From IMG/VR virus record IMGVR_UViG_3300028453_000030: a stretch of 4,607 nt of DNA; one strand, given 5' to 3'. The stretch is from a virus. Its lineage: Duplodnaviria > Heunggongvirae > Uroviricota > Caudoviricetes. Each line of letters starts with the position of its first letter. The first letter of the stretch is position 1. Of the stretch, positions 1 to 4,607 are shown piece after piece. The notes below the pieces were generated by a model, which saw only the letters and a list, made by a program, of their open reading frames with translations, ran no database searches and was not told the DNA's origin. Both the position numbers and the translations under genes were made by a program.

Positions 1-53
1 ATAACACACCGAAAAAACTCACAATTAATAACCTATGATATACATACTGTTTA

Positions 54-173
54 TTATGGTTGAATAAGCCACTCGATATCTGGTGCTACGGAAGTGTCCA
101 CACGGTTTAGCAGCACCCGATACTTTTTCCAGGCTTCCAGCAACAAGTTTTCTTCCTCCGTTGCATATACAGC
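54..173 (-). pseudogene. tfa: 3' remnant of a tail fibre assembly gene (tfa): C-terminal 39 codons only, no start codon
   Basis: Minus-strand translation of 57-173 is [39 protein letters not shown], then TAA at 54-56. It is bounded upstream by an in-frame TGA (174-176) and has no ATG/GTG. The motif [24 protein letters not shown] matches the C-terminus of phage lambda Tfa as I recall it; this was not searched. Confidence 0.6.
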
Positions 174-183
174 TCACCTTTTT

Positions 184-477
184 TCACCCACGATTAACCA
201 ACAGCCAGACCAGCAGACACGCCACCACCGGCACAGCAAAATCCATCAGGCTTGCCACATCCCATGCACGTGTATCAAAACCGCCCCACCACGGCATATT
301 CATACGCTTGCCATGCCCGAACATTTCAATCCAGCGATATTCTGCCTGGGTGTGTTCACGCGCAATGAAGAACGTACAACCGGCTATCGCCCCGTAAGCC
401 CAGTTCCCGGTAAAAAGACCAATCAGTAGCTGCGCAGCCACAGCACAAAGCGCATGAAGGAAAGGTGTTATATCCAT
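184..477 (-). CDS. small integral membrane protein (~97 aa, three predicted transmembrane helices); function unknown, candidate prophage moron
   Basis: ORF 184-492 on the track. I prefer the ATG at 477-475 (MDITPF...) because AGGA sits 5 nt upstream; the track's TTG at 492 and the ATG at 483 lack a usable spacer. Hydrophobic stretches ITPFLHALCAVAAQLLIGLF, AYGAIAGCTFFIA and VASLMDFAVPVVACLLVWLLV suggest three helices. The antisense plus-strand ORFs are low-complexity. I do not recognise the family. Confidence 0.55.
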   Translation of the reverse strand: MDITPFLHALCAVAAQLLIGLFTGNWAYGAIAGCTFFIAREHTQAEYRWIEMFGHGKRMNMPWWGGFDTRAWDVASLMDFAVPVVACLLVWLLVNRG

Positions 478-490
478 TTTCATCCTACCC

Positions 491-513
491 AATAAAACGG
501 GGCGCTCGGCCCC
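491..513 (-). terminator. putative rho-independent terminator after the 346-aa gene
   Basis: On the minus strand, 2 nt after the TAA stop (522-520) lies GGGGC-cgagc-GCCCC (plus 499-513, 5-bp GC stem, 5-nt loop) followed by GTTTTATT. The stem is short, so strength is uncertain. Confidence 0.4.
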
Positions 514-519
514 TTAATA

Positions 520-1560
520 TTATTTAGACGCAAGCGCCGCCTCAATTGCAGATAATCTTTGTCTTAATTCTGCGTTTTCTTCTTCCAGTGCTGTTATTCT
601 GTCATCTGACTCTCTGGCTACCTGAACAAGCAAGCCAGTAACACCAGAATAATCTACTGTGTAATAACGTTCACCTTCTTCACCTTCCGATCCGCTTGCA
701 CCGTCCTGATATTTCATTGCGGAACCTACAACTTCTGGGATTGCTTCCAGAGCTTCCTGTGCAATGACACCAGCATAGGGCATACCGTTTTCTTTAAGCG
801 TGTATGTATAGCCGTTCATTTTACGGATGCGGTCGGTTGCATTATCGATCACCTGAATGTTGTCTTTCAGATCCCGGTCGGAATGCTGGTTAAATGTGGT
901 GGCATGACATGCACCATTAACGCTTAACATATAGGTGTTATCGGTATTTTTCTGCGCATAGAACATATAAGCGCCACCATCAACACCGACTTCATAAACA
1001 ACAGGACGGCTGGAGTTGCCCCACAATTGAGCAGTAACACCAGCATAAGCGGTTCCCTGTGTGTTTAATGTCATGGTTGACCCATGATTGGCATATTTGA
1101 TCTGTAATGTGTCGGTGTAATCAAATTTAATAAGCGCGTTACTTCCACGCTTGCTGTATGACATAAGGCAGTTACCCATTTTGAGGTATCCGCTGTCACC
1201 GGGAAAAATCATCGTACCGCCATAAAGGTTGGTAAAGTCCCAGCAAATGTTTGTCCCGTTATCGTTCAGGTTAAGGCGCGCCATTGCGTTACCTGGACTG
1301 TCTATCCATTTTTTGAGGTATAGTTCGCAATACGCATCCTCAACACCTGCCGTCCTGTGAGTTGAGCGGAGTTTTCTCCCAAATATAGCTCCGCTAGTTG
1401 GCAATACCTGCTGATACCATGAAACAGACCAGTCACCAACGATTTCATCTTTGCTGTCTACATATAATTTTGTTGCGTAGCTTCCTTGATCGTTTTTTAA
1501 TTTGCTAACGTCGGATTTTAGCGTTTTGATGTCATCAGGAATTACTGTCGATGTAGCCAT
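520..1560 (-). CDS. tail fibre / tailspike-like protein with C-terminal intramolecular chaperone (peptidase S74-type, endosialidase-chaperone) domain
   Basis: 346-aa ORF with RBS GAGG 7 nt upstream of the ATG at 1560. Residues ~227-346 (plus 523-882) read SDRDLKDNIQVIDNATDRIRKMNGYTYTLKENGMPYAGVIAQEALEAIPEVV...YYTVDYSGVTGLLVQVARESDDRITALEEENAELRQRLSAIEAAL. This is the S-D-x-x-x-K ... IAQE ... terminal coiled-coil pattern of self-cleaving C-terminal chaperone domains of phage fibres (K1F endosialidase, T5 pb1). The N-terminal ~226 aa are beta-rich with a short coiled-coil-like start. Confidence 0.85.
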   Translation of the reverse strand: MATSTVIPDDIKTLKSDVSKLKNDQGSYATKLYVDSKDEIVGDWSVSWYQQVLPTSGAIFGRKLRSTHRTAGVEDAYCELYLKKWIDSPGNAMARLNLNDNGTNICWDFTNLYGGTMIFPGDSGYLKMGNCLMSYSKRGSNALIKFDYTDTLQIKYANHGSTMTLNTQGTAYAGVTAQLWGNSSRPVVYEVGVDGGAYMFYAQKNTDNTYMLSVNGACHATTFNQHSDRDLKDNIQVIDNATDRIRKMNGYTYTLKENGMPYAGVIAQEALEAIPEVVGSAMKYQDGASGSEGEEGERYYTVDYSGVTGLLVQVARESDDRITALEEENAELRQRLSAIEAALASK

Positions 1561-1569
1561 TTTTCTTCC

Positions 1570-1851
1570 TCACATCCAGCCACGAAGTTGATGCTCAACA
1601 GCAACCACGTATTCATCGAATATTGACGATATTTGCGAATCATTAATGATGCGCACGTTTACAAAATATCCGTCTTCCTTAACACATACCGGTTCGCCAT
1701 CTTCAGTCAGTTCTCCGGTTTCTTTGTACACATTACCTATCACGTCAATAAGAATATCATCCTGCATCGACTCGTCATCATAATAGCCAATGCTCTCCAT
1801 AAAGGCCGAAAAGTCGGCCCTGTCTGCAAATTTGAGTGTTAAATCTTTCAT
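1570..1851 (-). CDS. small acidic hypothetical protein (93 aa), translationally coupled to the tail fibre gene; possible fibre chaperone or accessory protein
   Basis: The ATG at 1851-1849 overlaps the stf TGA stop (1850-1848) as ATGA, and GGAG lies 8 nt upstream inside the stf 3' end. The protein is D/E-rich (MKDLTLKFADRADFSAFMESIGYYDDESMQDD...). It has no resemblance to lambda Tfa; family not recognised. Confidence 0.55.
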   Translation of the reverse strand: MKDLTLKFADRADFSAFMESIGYYDDESMQDDILIDVIGNVYKETGELTEDGEPVCVKEDGYFVNVRIINDSQISSIFDEYVVAVEHQLRGWM

Positions 1852-4244
1852 TTAATACTCTCCCCCATTTGCGCATCAGTTAATTCTTTATGCCAGAGAC
1901 GAAGATTTCTCAAATGGCCGAATAGATGACGAGTTCCCGATGTGGCTTGACCTCCAATTCGAATAAAGGTCCGTGTTTTTACGCCCGTCCACTCCGTTTT
2001 CATAGTTTTAGTAGCCTCACCGTTAGAAACTACTCGTTTAGTACCATCAGAATAAATATTAAAACCACCAATGAATTTTCGAACATCAGTTCGACCAGCA
2101 AACACACTAGAAACGTAAGTACTTGTCGACGCTTTATAAGTTTGTATATAAAGCTGACCGTAATATTTCTCAGTTGTGTTAAAAGCGTATGTAATTGACT
2201 CAATAGGTGGCACACCAGAAAAATCAAAAATACGCGGTGCTACATTAGGAGGAATATCGCCCCAATTTCTATTGACCTCGACAAGACACGTAAGCGGTCT
2301 ATTATAGATATTATTTTCAGTTGGGATCGTCACCATATCACTGGAGCGGGTTGCGGGTGCAGTTGTCGTAATAACAAAAGATGAAGCACATCCGCCGTTT
2401 TCAAATTGTGGTGTTGCAAGGTAAATATAATCTCCCGCTTCAGTTATACCACCTTTTTTCGGCGCATACTGAATCATTGCGCCAATTAAGGCTTCACCTT
2501 CAACAGCTTCTATAGTTGCCTCATAGAAAATCCACCCTGTAACCGGATCTTTAGTTGCAGTAGCTGCTATTCTATTGGCTGCTCCGCCAGTTTTTTCTAT
2601 TATCAGAGTTCCGAAAGTTAAATAAGCATCTCCTAAAAATGTATAAACCGACCCATCGTATTTTTCAAAACGCAAACGACAACGAAGACCATCAGGAGCT
2701 TTAACCCTGCATGAAACAGTGCAATACTTATTATCGCCACTAACATCAATCCCCCGGGATGCACTGCATGTATGCAGACTAAGTGCAGATGATTGTCCTG
2801 TCATATTATCTTTTGTTCGCATTTTGGCATATAAAAAACCAAATTCATCAACACCATTATTAGTTTTATCGATATTGCTGGTACTCGTCCATTCAGCGGG
2901 AGTATTGGATTTAACAAAATAGTTAGTGCGCTGTCCTTCAATCAATAAACCTTCTTTTTCAAATCGTGGCTCATCAATTTTAGCAACACTAAATACGCCT
3001 GATTTATTGATATATGTGGCAGTTGATGCGCGTTTAAACTTAACAACCTTGTCGCCAGGCATCGTTATTTCATCATCACCAATAACAATTTTTTTATATG
3101 ACGGCGAAAAGCCCGTAATCATATCCAGTGAATCGTTAAACGGTATCCACACATCAGGCAGTGGCTGTAAGACATATTTATACGGCTCTGCTGCCTGACT
3201 TGCATACTCTCTGGCTGCGTCTTCACTTGCTTTAGCTGCTGTCTGGCTTGCTGCCGATGCTTTCGCCGAGTTCGCCGCTGCAGTCTCGCTTGTCTTTGCA
3301 TTGGTTTCACTGGTTTTTGCCGCTTTTTGACTGTTGGCTGATGCAGTGGCAGAAGCAGCCGCCGCGCTTGCAGAACCAGCTGCCGCGCTCTCGCTTTGGG
3401 CTGCTGCAACCTGGCTGTTTTTCGCCGCAGTTTCGCTGGCTTTGGCATTCGTTTCGCTGGTCTTCGCTGCCGTCTGGCTGGACTTTGCGTTAGTTTCACT
3501 CGTCTTCGCAGCTTTCTGGCTGTTAGCCGCAGCAGTTGCTGATCCAGCTGCTGAAGTCGCAGAACCGGCTGCCGCGCTCTCGCTTTGGGCTGCTGCAACC
3601 TGGCTGTTTTTTGCCGCAGTTTCACTGGCTTTGGCATTCGTTTCGCTGGTTTTCGCTGCCGTCTGGCTGGACTTTGCGTTGGTTTCGCTCGTCTTTGCGG
3701 CTGTCTCGCTATTTTTCGCGTTGGTTTCTGATTTTTTGGCTGCTGTCGCGGAGTTTGCCGATGCAGTCTTTGAGGTCGCTGCCGCCTGTGCACTATTAGC
3801 TGCATTCGTTTCTGAGGTTTTCGCCGCGTTCTTTGATGATGCCGCTGCAGTTTCGGATTTCTTTGCCGCCGCTGCGCTCTGAGAGGCGGCTTCGGCGTTG
3901 CGTGCCGCTTCTTCCACCATTACCTCAAAACGACGCAATGCCTCCGGCATGACATCCTCTTCCGTCATGGCACCGAGAAAATCATTCAGCGTGCCTGGTC
4001 TGGAACCTTCATAGACGGTAATGGTCCCGGCATGTGAAGGCGGAAAACCTTCAACCAGCAGGGTGACGCTGTACTGGCCATACTCAACATCCATGCTGTA
4101 ACGCCCGGCTTCATCCGGATTTTCAGAGGCCACCGTATTCACCAGTACCGTGGTGCTGTTACGCTTTGCTTTGAGCTGAATAGTGCAGTTCTGTATTGGT
4201 TTTCCTGCACCGTCTTTCAGCACGCCTGAAATCTGTACTGCCAT
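1848..4244 (-). CDS. stf: side tail fibre protein (Stf-like, 798 aa): lambda-type N-terminal domain, heptad-repeat Ala/Ser/Thr shaft, divergent C-terminal receptor-binding region
   Basis: ORF 1848-4250 on the track. I place the start at the ATG 4244-4242 (MAVQISGVLKDGAGKPIQNCTIQLKAKRNSTTV...), which has GGAG 5 nt upstream; the track's GTG at 4250 would add two residues. The N-terminal ~115 aa closely match lambda Stf (MAVKISGVLKDGTGKPVQNCTIQLKA..., recalled). Residues ~117-346 are AK.SETN-type heptads. The C-terminal ~450 aa (plus 1851-3212) are unlike lambda Stf and end ...FIRIGGQATSGTRHLFGHLRNLRLWHKELTDAQM, reminiscent of a LamG/concanavalin-like jelly-roll C-terminus. Confidence 0.9.
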   Translation of the reverse strand: MAVQISGVLKDGAGKPIQNCTIQLKAKRNSTTVLVNTVASENPDEAGRYSMDVEYGQYSVTLLVEGFPPSHAGTITVYEGSRPGTLNDFLGAMTEEDVMPEALRRFEVMVEEAARNAEAASQSAAAAKKSETAAASSKNAAKTSETNAANSAQAAATSKTASANSATAAKKSETNAKNSETAAKTSETNAKSSQTAAKTSETNAKASETAAKNSQVAAAQSESAAAGSATSAAGSATAAANSQKAAKTSETNAKSSQTAAKTSETNAKASETAAKNSQVAAAQSESAAAGSASAAAASATASANSQKAAKTSETNAKTSETAAANSAKASAASQTAAKASEDAAREYASQAAEPYKYVLQPLPDVWIPFNDSLDMITGFSPSYKKIVIGDDEITMPGDKVVKFKRASTATYINKSGVFSVAKIDEPRFEKEGLLIEGQRTNYFVKSNTPAEWTSTSNIDKTNNGVDEFGFLYAKMRTKDNMTGQSSALSLHTCSASRGIDVSGDNKYCTVSCRVKAPDGLRCRLRFEKYDGSVYTFLGDAYLTFGTLIIEKTGGAANRIAATATKDPVTGWIFYEATIEAVEGEALIGAMIQYAPKKGGITEAGDYIYLATPQFENGGCASSFVITTTAPATRSSDMVTIPTENNIYNRPLTCLVEVNRNWGDIPPNVAPRIFDFSGVPPIESITYAFNTTEKYYGQLYIQTYKASTSTYVSSVFAGRTDVRKFIGGFNIYSDGTKRVVSNGEATKTMKTEWTGVKTRTFIRIGGQATSGTRHLFGHLRNLRLWHKELTDAQMGESIK
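3213..3902 (-). repeat. coding 21-bp (heptad) periodic repeat region forming the fibre shaft
   Basis: The protein reads as consecutive heptads (AKTSETN, AKSSQTA, AKASETA, AKNSQVA, AAQSESA, AAGSATS ...). The DNA shows recurring gctttggc / gtttcgctgg / ctttgcg units. Confidence 0.7.
3370..3704 (-). repeat. in-frame tandem duplication, period 189 bp (63 aa, nine heptads), about 94% identical over ~146 bp per copy
   Basis: Copy 1 at 3370-3515 and copy 2 at 3559-3704 align with an offset of exactly 189 bp and about eight transition differences. The protein segment AKTSETNAKSSQTAAKTSETNAKASETAAKNSQVAAAQSESAAAGSA occurs twice. Confidence 0.85.
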
Positions 4245-4259
4245 ATTCACTCCACAAAT

Positions 4260-4290
4260 AAAAAAGGCGCCATTTCTGGCGCCCGTATTT
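4260..4290 (-). terminator. rho-independent terminator between the J remnant and stf
   Basis: Plus 4266-4283 is GGCGCCA-tttc-TGGCGCC (7-bp GC-rich stem, 4-nt loop). On the minus strand the hairpin is followed by TTTTTT (plus 4260-4265), then ATTTGTGGAGTGAAT-ATG of stf. The plus-strand side has only a weak T tract (cgtattt), so it works mainly for minus-strand transcripts. Confidence 0.6.
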
Positions 4291-4302
4291 GGGTTATAAA
4301 AC

Positions 4303-4480
4303 TCAACTGATACTGATACCGGCTGTTGATTTCTTCATCACGACAACAAGAAGGTCGCTGATACTGGTCGTTGGCGTCCAGTTATTAGCACCATATGAAG
4401 AAACATTGAAAGTCAGGGTGACATGACCGTGTCCGGCAGGCATATCAATGACGGATGAAAATACCCTGCTGACATCCGTC
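4303..4480 (-). pseudogene. J: 3' fragment of the host-specificity / central tail fibre gene J (last ~58 codons), truncated at its 5' side by the IS insertion
   Basis: Minus-strand translation of 4306-4479 is [58 protein letters not shown], with TGA at 4305-4303. Lambda J ends ...VFSRIVDMPAGRGNVILTFTLTSTRHSADIPPYTFASDVQVMVIKKQALGISVV (recalled), giving the same VxDMPAG.G.V.LTF ... SD..V.V.KK...GIS pattern. The frame runs straight into the IS terminal repeat at 4481. The internal ATG at 4443 has no RBS. Confidence 0.7.

Positions 4481-4607
<127 letters not shown>

Noticed and set aside
83-429. Plus-strand ORFs 83-397 (104 aa) and 94-429 (111 aa)
   Set aside because: They are antisense to the minus-strand membrane-protein ORF and the tfa remnant. 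Their translations are His/Thr/Ser/Pro-rich with no hydrophobic core or motif, and they do not fit the uniform minus-strand gene orientation.
477-492. TTG at 492 or ATG at 483 as the start of the membrane protein
   Set aside because: Only the ATG at 477 has a Shine-Dalgarno-like AGGA at a usable distance. The TTG would overlap the terminator T-tract. This remains uncertain without experimental data.
54-1851. Pin/Gin-type invertible fibre segment (as in e14, Mu, P1) explaining the tfa remnant
   Set aside because: No invertase gene and no recognisable inverted crossover sites are visible in this window, and the tfa fragment is in the same orientation as stf. A module replacement explains it more simply, though an invertase just outside the window cannot be excluded.
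1633-3198. Short nested ORFs 1633-1842 (+), 1926-2198 (+), 2030-2227 (-), 2719-2922 (+) and 2926-3198 (+)
   Set aside because: All are embedded within or opposite the well-supported 93-aa and stf coding regions and have AT-rich low-complexity translations, so they are most likely chance ORFs.
3370-3704. Diversity-generating retroelement (template/variable repeat) or CRISPR-like interpretation of the tandem repeat
   Set aside because: Both copies are in frame inside the fibre shaft rather than at the C-terminal tip. The differences are mixed transitions rather than adenine-specific. No reverse transcriptase or accessory gene is present, and there is no spacer-repeat architecture. It is a simple coding duplication.
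3119-3805. Minus-strand 228-aa Arg/Gln-rich ORF (MQLIVHRRQRPQRLHRQ...)
   Set aside because: It is an alternative frame of the stf heptad-repeat region. Its composition is the typical by-product of reading GC-rich Ala/Ser codon repeats out of frame, and it lies entirely inside the strongly supported stf CDS.
3248-3882. Plus-strand ORFs 3248-3493, 3334-3882 and 3536-3799 (Ala/Leu/Phe-rich, internally repeated)
   Set aside because: They are antisense translations of the stf repeat region. Their internal repeats simply mirror the 189-bp duplication, and there is no independent support.
4244-4250. GTG at 4250 as the stf start (as implied by the ORF track)
   Set aside because: The ATG at 4244 gives MAVQISG..., matching the lambda Stf N-terminus, and has GGAG at the ideal spacing. 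The GTG would place the Shine-Dalgarno sequence too close.
4306-4443. Independent 46-aa ORF starting at the ATG at 4443
   Set aside because: It has no RBS, and its sequence aligns with the C-terminus of J. It is better explained as the residual 3' end of the disrupted J gene than as a small gene.

Overview
This window looks like the distal tail-fibre region of a lambdoid prophage from an enterobacterium (E. coli/Shigella-like); every supportable gene is on the minus strand. Reading in the direction of transcription (high to low coordinates): the terminus of an IS3-family insertion sequence (4481-4607), which appears to have cut the host-specificity gene J and left only its last ~58 codons (4303-4480); a rho-independent terminator; a 798-aa side tail fibre (4244-1848) with a lambda Stf-type N-terminus, a heptad-repeat Ala/Ser/Thr shaft containing a 189-bp in-frame tandem duplication, and a non-lambda C-terminal domain; a translationally coupled 93-aa acidic protein; a 346-aa fibre-like protein ending in an autoproteolytic intramolecular chaperone (peptidase S74-type) domain; a second terminator; a ~97-aa three-helix membrane protein; and a 39-codon 3' remnant of tfa. 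The J and tfa remnants bracket what appears to be an exchanged receptor-binding cassette, which is the most interesting candidate system here. All family assignments are from reading the translations and recalling known sequences; no database search was run. The other ORFs on the supplied track are nested or antisense artefacts.
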